Shown: piece by piece, positions 37,570 to 51,190 of the stretch | Numbering within the stretch: position 1 is the first letter of the stretch | Layout: each line of letters starts with the position of its first letter | Assembly (NCBI RefSeq): GCF_006345805.1 | Contig: NC_043001.1 | Location: 65,286,001-65,350,000 of the forward strand | Source of the DNA: Octopus sinensis | Lineage: Eukaryota | DNA: 64,000 bases | Reading direction: 5' to 3' | Translations under genes and position numbers: made by a program | Notes under the pieces: generated by a model | Told to the model about the DNA's origin: nothing | What the model saw: only the letters and a program-made list of their open reading frames with translations | Databases searched by the model: none

Positions 37570-39825
37570 GCCATTTAGTCACCCACCAATCTGGTAGACA
37601 CACTAGTCAAATTGACTACATCCTCACTAGGAAACAGGAAAGACGACTACTTGTAAATGCCCAAACCTTCCAGGTGAAGAATGTACCCCACAATATAGAT
37701 TAGTAGTTAGCTACTTCAGGATCAGGGCTAAATGGATGCCCAGAAGATGACCAGAATGGAGGAGAAGGGTCTGGAAGCTTAAGGATTCTGCAAAAAGAGA
37801 TTGAGAGACATATTACTCAAAGCTGTGGAAGACAACTGGAGTTTTCTACAGGACAACCTTTTGAGGGCTAGTGACCAGATCTGTGGATGGTGCAAAGTCT
37901 CCTCTCAACCCAAGGTAACGTGGTGGTGGAACAATGTTGTTGACAGGGCTAGTAAGGAAAAGAAACAGGCTTTGAAGGACTGGAAGACCGGTGATTGCAG
38001 GGAATTGTATCAGACTGCCGAAAGGGAAGCTAGGAGATAGGTTTATTTGGCCAGAGGGGAAGCAGATAAGGAAAAATTTGCCAATGTTCTGTGCCGTGAT
38101 GACCAAAGACTTGAAGTATTTTCCTGTTGCCAGACAGTGTGTGAGAGAGAATCGCGATATCATGGGAGAGAAATGTGTCCTCATGGGTGACGGTTCACTT
38201 GCTGCAAAGAGACAGGTTTGGAGACGCCATTATGAAAGTTTGCTAAATAAAGTGAATGAATGTGAGAAAGAGAGTCTGCCGAATGCCGGCCCAACAGAGG
38301 GACCAGCTATCTATCTAAATTGACAGTGCCTTGGTAGGTAAAGCAATTAAGGGTATGAAGACAGGGAAAGCCCCCGGACAATCAGGAATCACCACAGAGA
38401 TGCTCAAACTATCTAGCGGTGTCGGCTATAGCCTAGTCAACTAGGTGATACATGAAGGAGTCATACCCAATGACTGGTGTAGCAGCACCATAGTCAACTG
38501 CTAACAAAGGTAAAGGTGACGCATTAGATACAAATAATTACAGAGGTATCAAGTTGTTGGATCAGGTAATGAAGGTCACGGAGAGGGTCATAGCCCAAGT
38601 AATTAGGGAGAGAGGCAGTCTAGATGAGATGCAGTTTCGGTTCGTGCCAGGGGAAAGCACCACTGATGCTATATTTCTGATAAGACAGATGCAGGAGAAA
38701 TAGCTAGTCCAAGATAAAACTCTGTACCTGGCTTTCATTGACAGGGTCCTCCGATCCCCTATCTGGTGGTCAATGAGGAGACTAGGGATGGATGAATGTT
38801 TGAGAGCTGTACAAGCCATGTACAGTAAGGTGATGGTTGGCAACGAGTACAGTGAAGAATATTGGGTAGGGGTAAGGGTCAACCTAAGATCAGTCCTCAG
38901 CCCTCTCTTATTCATTATAGTCCTCCAGGCAATAACAGAGAAATTCAAGACAGGCTGCTCCTCTATGCTGATGACCTTGCACTAATAGCAGAGTCACTGC
39001 CGGAACTGGAGCCAAAGGTTAGGGCGTGGAAGCAAAGTCTAGAATTGAATGGCCTTAGGGTTAACCTAGCCAAAACCAAAGTTTTAGTTAGTGTGCAGGC
39101 TGTCAAATCACAAACTCCTCTGTAGAAAAGGCATTGGTAGAAACTCCATACGATGCACCCGGTGTAAGCTATGGACACATAAAAGGTGCAGCAATATCAA
39201 AGGAAGGTTAACTGGGAAAATTATTTCTTGTGTGTGGCAGATGCAGTGGGGCAATAAACACTGAAGGTGTTCAGAAAACAGCTTCCATTACATGCCTGGG
39301 GAAGAAACTAGAAGTAGTAAATACTTTCTACTACCTAGGCGACCAAGTATGTAGTGGGAGTGATTGCTCTGCGGGTGTAGCAACTAGAGTAATAATAGCC
39401 TGGGCAAATTCAGGGAGCTCCTACCTCTGCTGGCAGCTAAATGCCCCTCACTCAGGGGGAAAGGTGAACTGTATGATGCATGTGTGTGAACTGCCATGCT
39501 ATACGGTAGTGAAACATGGGCCATGAATGCCGAGGACATGCGTAAGCTTGCAGTATGCTTGAGTCAAGTAAAACCAATACCGTAGCTGGGGGCCAGTGAC
39601 CCGCTAGCTGGCTCCTGTGCTGATGAGACATAAAGAACACCCACTACACTCTCAGAATAGTTGGCGTTAGGAAGGGCATTTAGATGTAGAAATTATGCTA
39701 GACTAGATTGGAGCCTGTTGCAGCAGCTGGCTCTCCAAGACTTCAGTCAAACTGTCCAACCCATGCCATCATGGAAAACGGACGTTAATCGATGATGATG
39801 ATGACGACGACGACGACAACGACGA
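37570..39825 (+). pseudogene. Degenerate RTE-clade LINE
   Basis: SQIDYIL, TWWWNNVVD, KGKGDALD..NYRGIKLLDQVMK, STTDAIF and YADDL. 3' tail CCATCATGGAAAACGGACGTTAATC(GAT)n. Many stops. Confidence 0.85.
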
Positions 39826-39856
39826 TGATTATATTAGTAATAAAGTTGTGTGCAGA

Positions 39857-40051
39857 CAAGCGATTTGTAGTAGAGAGCAATAGCGTTTGGAGCGAGCAAA
39901 GAGTTGGCGGCCGGCGACGCGATCGATCGAAAAGCTGTCATCTCGGTGGCGATATCGCCTGTGGGTGTGTGTCCGGTAGCGTACGTAACACACGGATGCA
40001 TCGCGTTTATGCACACGGCTAAGGCGACTATTGCTCTCTAATAATTGCTTG
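39857..40051. other. CpG-rich ~195-bp imperfect hairpin of unknown class
   Basis: 13-bp perfect inverted repeat TAGAGAGCAATAG (39871-83) / CTATTGCTCTCTA (40028-40), extending to CAAGC/GCTTG. Confidence 0.5.
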
Positions 40052-40529
40052 CTTTTTATTTACTTAATGCATTCTTCACTTCGGCATACTGGGCAGAGAT
40101 CACATCGCATTCATGCACGCATTAGCTGTCTATCACCGCCTTAGCTATCATAAACAAACACAAGTTCATGTATGATATTAATCTTTCTTCTACTTCAATT
40201 ATTACATGGTTTTCTCTTATAAAAATACACGCATACAGGAGAAGTAAATTATACATATAATACTTAAAATGTGGCTCTCGATTAACAGTAAAAGGGTTTT
40301 ACTGCTAGTATATATGTATACTAGCAGTATACAGGTGACCAAATCTGATTTTCTACCTTGCAGTTAAGCAGATTCACTGTTTTAAAAATATCACTCAAGT
40401 ATAATATTTATTTTAAACTCAGAAAGTCTTTCCAAAATTTTCTTAGCTGTATCAGTTTGTCTTGGAGTTGTAATGAGTCATCTGACTCTTGAACATGAAA
40501 AAGTGGATTAATGGCTCCCACAAATTCAC

Positions 40530-41927
40530 TAGTCTTTCAAGGCTCATGCCTTTTGACCCATCTTAGTGTGTGAAGCAATAGGGTTTTAAAATCTTCATCT
40601 TCACAGAATTGCATAAAAAATCTATTATTCACAGAGTTTGATTTGACAATGTTATTTGTATGTATGGAAGTGTTGAATGCATTTTCCATGTGTCCTCCAA
40701 TATTCTTAGCAACCACATGCTGTCTGTGGATAATACAACGTATATTAAAAATGTGAGGAGCAACTGATTTCATTCTAGAAACATAGCCTTTCACTTTTCC
40801 AGTCATGGCTGCAGCTCCATCTGATGCAGTGTTGATCAAATTAGTCGATGGAATATTTTTATCATTAAAATACTGCATTACTTCATTGAATATATCTTCT
40901 CCATTAGTTGTTTCAAAAAAAACTTTTAATGAATAACATTTCTTCCCTTATATCATCTTCATGGTTGAATCTGAAGGATAACTTGTTTATGAATTGTGCT
41001 ATCATCAACCTGGATAGAAAAATTGGTCGTTTGGAGAATTTCCACAATCTTCTTTCTCCTCAACAAAATTAGACATTTCATCCTGTCTTCTTGTAATTGT
41101 GTTATTTGAAAGTGGAATTGTACTCAGAGTAGGTTCAGCATCTTTTCCCAGAACCTCATTTGCACAAGCTATCATAGCAGGCTTGACAAGATTCTCACCT
41201 TAAATCTGAGGTGCTGCAACCTTGGCAATAATTTCAGAAACCAAATAACTTGGTTTGAGTATCTTTACTTTTTCAATATTTATCTTCTTTACAAAGTCAG
41301 GTAGTTTGATTAGCTGTATTTTCTTTTTATTCTCAAAATATTCCCGACCTTTACCAACAAATGATGGATGCCTTAATTTCTGGTGCTGCTCCAGCTTAAC
41401 TTTCTTCATGAAATAATTTGTCATGATGGCATTACATTCAAGATACATAGGTTTTGAGTCTACAGATACAAAACCAAACACGATAAAATCTTCTTTGCAT
41501 TTCTTCAGTTTTGCCTTTTTAGCAGTTGGTTCAGATATTATTACAACTGATCATAAAAAAAATAAAAATAATAAATATTTTATTTCTATAAATTTAAAGT
41601 ATCAAATTTATTATTAAACAATATTATGTAGTGATCTATTAAAAATATCGAATTTATTATGAACTGTTGTGATTATAAAATTTAAATTATGTAGTTCTTG
41701 ATTGTAATATATCATTGATTATATATTATACATTATTGATTCTTATGGAATAATTATTGAATTTTGTTTTCTTATTATTATTCTGTCTTCATATAAATTA
41801 TTATTAACTAACAGTGTCTTTATTATCGAACAATATTGTGTAGATCTGAAATGGCTTCAATTTTTTACGGCTACGAATTCTCTGGGGGACCACTGGTAGG
41901 TTCCAGGGACCACATTGGGAATCACTG
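40530..41927 (-). mobile_element. hAT (Charlie/Buster-like) DNA transposon remnant
   Basis: Terminal CAGTGATTCCCAA (41927-41915). Transposase motifs KLEQHQKLRHP, SYLVSEIIAK, GENLVKP, IPLSNNTITRR, IQVDDST, SDGAAAMTGK and CIIHRQH. Confidence 0.85.
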
Positions 41928-42204
41928 CTTTAAACAATACTGGATGAAATGAATATTGAAATTATTTACAAATTTTGTTAGTACATGAAACATGTTCTAA
42001 TTTACAAGTTCCATTAGAATATGTGACAAAGATAATATTCATAACTGAACTCATCCCCTTTAATTTTCTTGTACCAGAAACTTCCAACCCCAGTCAATAT
42101 TAACACCAGATAACTTACACAGGACATTTTCATAATAAAGAAGAAAAATTAAAGGCTTTGATCTTTTTTTTTAAACAAAAGAATTTTGATAAAAATATAT
42201 AAAG

Positions 42205-42365
42205 GATAGCTTTGTGGTTGAAAAATTTGCTTCACACCCATGGGTTTCTGGGTTCAATTCTGCTGTGTGGTATATTGGGTAAGTGTCTTTTACTGTAGTC
42301 TTAGGTTGATCAATGTCATGTGAATCAAATTGGGAGAATGATTCTATGAAGAAGCCCGCAAGGTG
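42205..42365 (+). mobile_element. Diverged SINE B head
   Basis: GGGTTCAATTC...TTGGGTAAGTGTCTT...GAAGAAGCCC. Confidence 0.5.
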
Positions 42366-43000
42366 TGTTTGTGTGTATGTGTGTGTGTTCATTTACATGT
42401 TTACTGCTCTAGTATACTAGGCTATCAAAGGTTACTTTCAATGAACAGGCATCGTTAAAATGGGACCCTGCCCTATGTTTGAAATTACCTCTAATATTGA
42501 TAGGGTCAATGAAAGACACCCAAAGACAGTGCCTGAGCATGGTCATAGCACACTGACTGAAATTAATAAAAGAAGAAGCAATTCTAGGTTTCAAAACATT
42601 TTTTAATGATAAACATCCAAATGTAAAGACAATGTTAAATGATTTTTCTCGGTGTAAATGTATGCATACATGCATAAATGGAATTTCCTTCTAAGTAGAA
42701 GTTCACTCGAAACAAAAGTCATGGAAATTATTAGGATGAATATTCTTTGGGTGGGAGATCAGAATAAATAAAAGAATGCAAGTGAATGTGTCATGTAAAG
42801 TGGGATGGGTGGGTTGGTGAGGTGCACAGCTGCCTTCAGAGACAACAGTAAAAAATCTTTGGTTTCATAATGGTTGAATCATTCGCCCAAAACATGGAGA
42901 TTTTTGTTTCTTTTTTAAGACATGTAATGGGGGAATATTTATATTAATAGGAATCATTAATTAACAAGAATATTATACATACATATATATAATATATATA

Positions 43001-43042
<42 letters not shown>

Positions 43043-43044
43043 TA

Positions 43045-43440
43045 TACGTATCGCCCGGCGTTGCTCGGGTTTGTAAGGGAAATAACTATATAAGCATTTT
43101 TAGAGATGTAAAGTATAATAGCCATCTCAATATGGGTAACCACAAAGGGGGGGGGGTGTTACTGTAGCTTTTTACGTTCTGAGATTTAATAATAAATTTT
43201 TAGAGAGTTACTTCCCTTATATATGCAAAAAATGCATTAAAAATGGGAAAAATTGAAGTTAATTTTTTTTTTAAATCGTAGCCTCATCGTAGACGCGCGC
43301 TTATACCCAGAAGGGCTCGATATGAATCACGACTATAAGATACCCGGTTTCGGTTAAACTGCACTGCAAAATGTGGGAGTAGTTAGGAATCTAAATCCTA
43401 GGAGACAGACAGCACACAACCTCACTTTTATATATAAAGA
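43045..43440 (-). mobile_element. Non-autonomous Helitron-like element
   Basis: Minus strand A|TCTTTATATATAAAAG 5' end at 43440. 3' hairpin CCCGAGC-AAC-GCCGGG (43069-43054). The terminal CTAG is eroded. Confidence 0.65.
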
Positions 43441-44034
43441 TGTATGCTTTTCTCGGACTATCCTTTTCCTTCTCTCCAGTCATTTTACGCTTTCCTTTCT
43501 GACAAAGAACCATGCTTGAAATGTCACACCCCCATCTTTTTTTCATCTTACTTTCTCTGAGCATCAATCTCATATATTCGCTGTGTACATCCTTTTGAAT
43601 TTTGTTGTTTTTCCTATTTTTGATTTTTACTTGCCTACATATATATATATCAGCCTAACCCACAACCCACCCTTGCTTTCCCCACTCTCACCTGTCCCTC
43701 CACACCACACCACCATGCACACACTAGCACTGACTACTTCCCAGCACCCACACCATCATCAACACACCCATATATGCTCTCATATACACACGCACGTGCA
43801 CCTTCATTTTGGGATCACCACTACTTTATTATCTTACCTTCTTCCTAGCTCTCCTGTGTGACCCCTTTGTCCGGCATTCACCATGATAGATCGCTAGCCA
43901 CTACACTGTATTTTCTCTCCGTTTCTTTCTGTGGAAAGACTAAATATTAAAGACTTTTTCACTTCCCGAGCATTAAACTAATACATCTGTTGTCTACACC
44001 ACCTGAGTTCGTCTGTTGTGTTTTTGTAAATTCT

Positions 44035-44073
<39 letters not shown>

Positions 44074-44391
44074 CACACACACACATACACATATGTATAT
44101 ATTGTGTGTACAGTTAGATGCACAACTGCTACTGTTGAGTTTCAAACTCCATGCATAATATCAGCATCCAATCTGCTTCCAGTAAAGTGGTGTGGTTACT
44201 ACTATACTTAGTAGTGTTACTGAACATATATAAAATAATGCAATAAAGTGTTGTCTTGATGATATACTGTGGTGTTCAGTAACCAACTGCACTTGGAACA
44301 TTTAGTGCAAAGGCTAAAAATTTGAAAATAACCACAACTAAAATGTATGGAGAAAACAAACTTGCATTTAATCATTTTTTCAGCATATATA

Positions 44392-44795
44392 CAGGGTGTG
44401 ATGGGTAAATTGTCACCATTTCATAGTTTTAATTTTACACATGTGCATTGTTTGTTTTTGATTTTGTTAATTACACAGTATACTAGGGTCAGTTGAGCAC
44501 CATCTGTGCGAAAAACAGTACCATGACACAATTTACTCTGCCAGAAATTTGGAAATGAGATGCCTTACTGGTTGGCATTCGTGCCGGACACTCCAATAAA
44601 AACAGATGGTGAATGCACAGAATCACTGACTTGCCATGTCCCCAAAATATGTACCGAGAGTGATAAAAATCAAACATCCAGCCAACATCATGGTGTTTGG
44701 AGTGATCACTAGCAATGGCAATGTTATGCTTCCATTCATATTCCCACATGGTCTCAGACTGAACACAGAGGCTTACATTAAATGCCTGGAGGAGG
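44392..44795 (+). mobile_element. Tc1/mariner-superfamily deletion derivative
   Basis: TA|CAGGGTG terminus and the transposase fragment KHPANIMVFGVITSNG...LNTEAYIKCLEEV. Confidence 0.75.
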
Positions 44796-44829
44796 TATAT
44801 ATATCGTTTTTAGAAAAACATAAATCCAG

Positions 44830-45430
44830 CGAAGCACACTCTAAGAAGTAGAGTGGTCTATATTTTTCCTGGTGAAGGCCGATTTATGGGGTTATCCTGG
44901 GTTTCCTATCCATAAAGGGTTTAATTTTATGGTATATCGTCAGACTCCAAAACCCGATGACCTATGACCTCTTTAAAATATGGAAGGGAAAGTCTGAATT
45001 ATCTCCTTTCGCCAATAGCTTCCAACCATAATGCCATCATTCAGCTGAGGGTAAATAATAGGGGATTATCTCCCTCTCCTGTTAGCTATCACCTTCTAGC
45101 AGTTCCCAAAAGGCCAGTAGAAATCTCCTAAAGTGCAAGCATGGCCCAAGAATCTCCATTCTGGAGTTAAGTATAGCCCCTGGTTCGAATGAGTCCCTTA
45201 GGATTCTCATGCATTCAGCTATGCATAGCTTGCAGCGTTTCATCCCATTTATGTAGAGGTCTGAGTTTTTGAGGATTTTCCATAAGATGGAGTGTGGAAC
45301 TCTGTCGTCTTCTAGTTGCCATATGTGGCTGGCCAGCGATGTTATGTATCTCCTTTCCAGGACTTTGAAGGATCCATGGTTGGGAAAATGAATTTCTGGT
45401 CCAACAAATATATTTCTGTAGACTTGCAAT
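44830..45430 (-). pseudogene. Penelope-like GIY-YIG C-terminus plus 3' non-coding region
   Basis: TSLASHIWQL...ILWKIL...KRCKLCIAE...ILNSRMEILGPCLH. Confidence 0.75.
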
Positions 45431-45689
45431 GTCGGTGTTGTACCTATTATTGTTGTTCATGCCACTGTAGCTGCTATTGATGTAGTTGTAACTGCTGCTG
45501 CTGTTGCTATGTCAAAGCAAGGGCTGCTGGTGTTAGTGGTGGTTGCATCGGTAATGTTACTGCCCCTGCATATGTTACCAGCAAAGCACTTCTTTATGTT
45601 GTTACTAATGCTGCCAATGTTGTTACTGCCATACATACACACATATATATACACACACCTGTGGGTGTATGTGTGTGTGTATTCTCTTT

Positions 45690-45820
45690 CTCTTTTTACT
45701 TGTTTCAGTCATTTTGACTGCAGCCATGCTGGAGCACCGCCTTTTAGTCGAGCAAATCGACCCCGGGACTTATTCTTTGTAAGCCCAGTACTTATTCTAT
45801 TAGTCTCTTTTGCCGTACGA
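45690..45820 (-). mobile_element. SINE B 3' half
   Basis: Reverse complement of the SINE B tail. Confidence 0.75.
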
Positions 45821-46152
45821 GCATTAGTGGTAACGACAATGATAGTGATGCTAGCATTATTGACATTTTGGAAATTAATAAGAACTAATAGAAAGTAACC
45901 TTGACTCTCTATATCTGCATTTGGATATTAATATGTGTATGTTTTTCTACATTGTAATTATCACAACATTAAGTTAAGAAACTGTAACATTGAATGTGGA
46001 GCATATGTATGTTTATTAATTTTTATCATTTATATCATTATGTATATTTATATGTATATGAGTATGAGTATATGCACTCATATGTATATGTATATGTTTT
46101 ATTATGGGTATATACCCACACCTTTATAAATATATATGTAATCTAATTTGTA

Positions 46153-46279
46153 ATCTCAGAAGAGGCCTTAGGATGTTTTTGTAAATGTCTCATTTATAAC
46201 TACATATTGACCTACCATAAATGGCTAATATGAGTTGAATGAGACATGCTTATCTACATGGCCGAAACAGCTGTAAGAT
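46153..46279 (+). ncRNA. Degenerate type-I hammerhead motif (P5-like)
   Basis: ATCT-CAGAAGA (U4 changed to A)-GGCC...GGCC-GAAA, palindromic ACAGCTGT, A, AGAT. Same stem III as 4596-4727. Confidence 0.5.
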
Positions 46280-46527
46280 ATAGTCTATATTTTTATATTT
46301 ATGTACTTATATTTGTGTTCTATTATACGTATTCTACTTATTGTATAACATTACTATTTTATGTACACTCCTTCATGTACACTGTTTTACCCTGCATTAT
46401 TATGTTTAACCTTATAGTTTCTTATGTAGTGGTTTATAAAGTATGTGATTGAGTATTATCTGGTAATTGATATTTGATTTGATGTATTTCTCCATTTTCT
46501 TATTTTGTATATATATATGTGGTGTAC

Positions 46528-46616
<89 letters not shown>

Positions 46617-46619
46617 TTT

Positions 46620-46890
46620 ATTTCTATTTGTTTATTTATCCATGTATTATTCTGTTTTTGGGATCCTCTATCGTCATATGTTGTGGTGTGCTAGTGCTCC
46701 ATTCTAGTTTTCTATTCAGGCTAGGTTTATTTTCTATTATGCGTGTAGCTTCTGTAATTTGTCTAATTGTTGCATCTGTTCTATGTGTGGAAATATTTTA
46801 ATTCTATGTTATTAATTGATCCCCCGTGTTCCTGTTCGGAGTGTTGGTACAGAATCGATGAGCTTTTACCTTCCTTGAGTTGTCTCCAAT
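46620..46890 (-). pseudogene. Penelope-like GIY-YIG C-terminal fragment
   Basis: [26 protein letters not shown], then (frameshifted) IRQITEATRIIENKPSLNRKLEW. Confidence 0.6.
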
Positions 46891-46915
46891 GTTCATTATA
46901 TATGTATGTATTATG

Positions 46916-46960
<45 letters not shown>

Positions 46961-46985
46961 GTATATGTATGTATATATATGTATG

Positions 46986-47019
<34 letters not shown>

Positions 47020-47412
47020 ACATAAATTATATACATATATATATATATATACATATATATTATATACATATATATATATACATATATATATACATAGAGA
47101 TATAAGCATGCGCAAATGAAGACATACAATAGAAATACAAAATGGCTGATGGTTAGTAAGGAGAGACACAAATAAGAAAGAAGAAAACAAAGGACCACTG
47201 ATGCGGTCACAGGAGCGTGACGACAGAACTCTTGCCGAAATAAGATTAAGATTAATGTAAAAAATAAATAACACTGAAGCAAAATAACACCAAATATATA
47301 GTGTGTGTGTATTTATTGGCTAAACTGGCAAAATGACCATTCTGAAATATAACAACATCTGTTTCAACACACGACTTCACATAAAAAATCTTGCACAACA
47401 AATATTTAAACG

Positions 47413-47445
<33 letters not shown>

Positions 47446-47509
47446 ACATATATATATATATATATACATACATATATATACATATATATACATACATATA
47501 CATACATAC

Positions 47510-47570
<61 letters not shown>

Positions 47571-47734
47571 CATACATATACATACATACATATACATACA
47601 TATACATACATGCATATACATATATATACATACATATACATATATATACATACATATACACATATATATATCATATATAATTATCATATATGTATATGCA
47701 CACATATATGATATATATATGCATATGTATATAT

Positions 47735-47860
47735 CATCATCATCATCATCGTTTAACGTCCGTTTTCCGCGCTAGCATGGGTTGGATGGTTCGACCGGGG
47801 TCTGGGGAGCCAGGGGCTGCTCCAGGCTCCAGTCTTTTTATGTGCCACTGGCACAGAAAT
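47735..47860 (-). mobile_element. RTE LINE 3' tail fragment
   Basis: (CAT)n-CGTTTAACGTCCGTTTTCCGCGCTAGC..., the same family as 56641 onward. Confidence 0.8.
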
Positions 47861-48029
47861 ATCATAATTATCATATATATATATATATAAACATATATCA
47901 TATATAATTATCATATATATATATACACACATATATCATATATATATACATATGTATATATCATATAATTATCATATATATATATATAAACATATATCAT
48001 ATATAATTATCATATATATATATATCATT

Positions 48030-48330
48030 TTTTTGCTCGTTTACTTTGTCTTCCCTCCTGGTGCTATATGAACATTTAATGTGGTTTTAGAGTAAATTTT
48101 TGACTGCTATTTCTGCGTGGTGGTCTCTCTTAGATACCCTAAATTGTAATTTTAAATATATGTGACCGTGTGTATATCTTTCCCTTTCCTATATTTCTGA
48201 TGAAGAGCTCCAATCAAATGTTAAATCCCCTTTCTTTCTTTCTTTTGCAGTGTTCAATGACACTTTACTTGTTTCCGTCCTCGCGTTGTTGTGTTTTGTC
48301 TTTGTTTTCATGTTGGATTAACTATATATC
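48030..48330 (+). mobile_element. Older P3 copy with a decayed HHR core (48193-48226)
   Basis: ATTT-CTGATGA-AGAGCTCCAATC-AAATGTT-AAAT. Homologous to 18055-18290. Confidence 0.6.
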
Positions 48331-48336
48331 TATATC

Positions 48337-48382
<46 letters not shown>

Positions 48383-48559
48383 TATATATAATATATATAT
48401 ATATATATAATATATATACACATATATATATACACACACCACACACACACACACACATATATATATATACATATTGCATATAATTATATGATATATTATC
48501 ATATATATATATGTATCATATATATATATATATGTATATATATGATAATATATATATAT

Positions 48560-48630
48560 ACATTCAGCGGTGTGTGCCCCAGCATGGCCGCGGCCTTCGG
48601 GCTAAAACATTTTTAAGGATTTAAGGATAT
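48560..48630 (+). mobile_element. Very short 3' tail of the 52516-53529 LINE subfamily
   Basis: CATTCAGCGG..GCCCCAGCATGGCCGCGGCCTTCGGGCTAAAACATTTTTAAGGATTTAAGGA. Confidence 0.75.
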
Positions 48631-48828
48631 ATATATGATATGTATATATATATATATATATATATGATATGTGTATATATATATATATATGATATGTATA
48701 TATATATATATATGATATGTATATATATATATATATATATATATCATATATGATATGTATATATATACACATATCATATATATATATATATGTATATATA
48801 TTGATATATATATATATGTATATATATA

Positions 48829-49406
48829 GTTATCCGTAATAATGAAGGGTGAAATTAATTAATTTGGAATAATTATCAATTACACCAAGTAGTCTTCGGC
48901 ATGTAAAAGCCTCATTCGAGGAAAATTTAAGTAATACTAAGCAATAAAGGGTTTAGCAACGAATTGCCTTACCACATACCGAATTTAGAAATAGCAGTCA
49001 AAGAGTTATAGCTATTTCTTCTACTAAAAAGGGAGATCTCAGTAAAAACAGCAATTGGAAGGCAGACACAAACAGGTAAGAGAGAATGAATTGACGGCAA
49101 TCTATCATACAATTTTAAGTTATTTTAACTTGTAAAAACAGCAATTGGAAGGCAGACACAAACAGGTAAGAGAGAATGAATTGACGGCAATCTATCATAC
49201 AATTTTAAGTTATTTTAACTTAAAATTGTATGATAGATTGCCGTCAATTCATTCTCTCTTACCTGTTTGTGTCTGCCTTCCATTGCTGTTTTTACTGAGA
49301 TCTCCCTTTTTAGTAGAAGAAATAGCTATAACTCTTTGACTGCTATTTCTAAATTCGGTATGTGGTAAGGCAATTCGTTGCTAAACCCTTTATTGCTTAG
49401 TATTAC
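48829..49406. mobile_element. P2 copy with an internal direct duplication and a fold-back; lacks the HHR
   Basis: Duplicated ~49045-49130 block, then an inversion from ~49221. Both arms share private variants (GACGGCAATC, TTACCAC). Confidence 0.8.
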
Positions 49407-49531
49407 TATGTATATATATATATGTGATATGTATATATATATATGATATGTGTATATATATACATATCATATATGATATATATATATATATATATATATA
49501 CACTATATATATATATACATATCATATATAT

Positions 49532-50635
49532 TGTTATGGATTTTGGCTAGTGCAGTATTGGTGACCCACCTTGGAATAATGGCGCCGGCAGGCCTGGAGT
49601 AAAAAGTGACAGTCCTTTGTTTAATGGGAGATTAATAGGACCTTTCTGGCCTTGTGCGGTCGATTAGGGGTCGTTCTAGACATACCTTGAAGAAGAGGAA
49701 GAAAAGTAGTGAGAGAGATAGAGTATAAGGCTAAGGGACAGATGTGAGGAAGAATTAGCAGTGAGAGAGGACGAGGGGGGCAGAGAAGGACAGGCAGAGA
49801 GTATGGTAGAGCTGTCATGAGAGGGTGATAGGCAGCGGGCGATAGAGATAGAATAGGGAATCAGAGAGCAAATAGAGAGGGTATAGGCGGTAGAGGGCAG
49901 TGGGAAGGAGAGAGACGAAGTGAGGTTTTGGCAGTTGGGAGTCGGTCGTCAGAGAACACAGACGGAATCTTGGGAGCAAGCGGTGGAATTCTAGGAGCAA
50001 GCGATTGGGATGCGAGAGCTGGAAAGCTGGAATTAGCGGTACGGAGAGATGAGTGCAGAATGGGACACTGGCGATTCTAATTAGGAATTAAGGTATTTGA
50101 TTGTGTATTGATACGTGTCACGGTGTATTGAACAGTGAAAAGAACAGTCAAGGACTTGTCGATATGTCGATTATCGAGTTGTGGTATTTATGTTCAGAAT
50201 TGTGTTGATATGTGTAGAAAAAGATTATAAAGAACTGTGAACGTTATCTGTTGATGTGATTTGGAAAAAGAACTGTGTCTTCGGACGTGTACCTTTGAAA
50301 TACTGTATATGACTTGTTGTGTCTCCGGACTGATATATTGTTACATGCATGTTGTTAAATGCTTTGATCTGTGGTATACTCGTATGATGTACTGATTTGT
50401 TGTTTGCCTTAAATGCTTTGATGTTGTAACCATTGATTGTCATATAAACTGTTGTTAAATATAAGCCAGTGTTGCCTTGCCTCTGTGCCTCTGTATCTCT
50501 CTGTGCTGCTGCGGTTGTTGTTGTTGTGTCTCTCCTCTCCTCTCTCCGACGAGTTTCCGTGGCGGGAATATTCGCTGATCGAGTCGGGCCTGTCTGAGGG
50601 ATTCCGTACAGTTTTCGGAGGTCCCCCTCGTAACA
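49532..50635. mobile_element. Solo LTR (~1.10 kb) in (TA)n
   Basis: TGTTA...TAACA termini, ATAT on both flanks, homologous to 2758-3840. Confidence 0.8.
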
Positions 50636-50738
50636 ATATATATATATATATACACATATCATATATATTTATATACACATATCATATATTATATATACAT
50701 ATCATATATATATACATATCATATATATATATATACAT

Positions 50739-50787
<49 letters not shown>

Positions 50788-50795
<8 letters not shown>

Positions 50796-51190
50796 AAAGG
50801 GCTTAGTAAAATAAATTACTTTGCCGCATACTGAACTCATTAGAAATAGCAGCTAAAAAAACATTTATAAAATATTTCTAATACTTAAAGAAAACCCTCT
50901 CATATAGTGTTTGCTCAATTCAACTCACGAAAGTATGGGGGGTACTTTCCGGGTACATGAGTTGAATTGAGCAAACACTATATGAGAGAGGTTTTCTTTA
51001 AGTATTAGAAATAGTTTTATAAATGTTTTTTTAGCTGCTATTTCTAATGAGTTCAGTATGCGGCAAAGTAATTTATTTTACTAAGCCCTTTTTATATAAT
51101 GTAATAATTTGAATTCGCCTTAAATGGTCCCTTTGCATACTGAACACTGGTGAAATTGATTAATTAATTAATTTTACCCTCAATTGTTGA
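50788..51190. repeat. Fold-back element P6 (~140-bp arms, 50788-50927 / 50958-51100) plus an extension
   Basis: Near-perfect inverted arms with a 30-bp spacer, bounded by (TA)n. Confidence 0.8.

Noticed and set aside
40300-40329. 30-bp palindrome TACTGCTAGTATA-TATG-TATACTAGCAGTA
   Set aside because: It resembles two abutting Helitron-type CTAG ends, but it is too short and has no element body, so it cannot be interpreted.
47198-47255. CTGATGC-GGTCAC...GCC-GAAA motif
   Set aside because: Core mismatch, and no stem I or stem III pairing.
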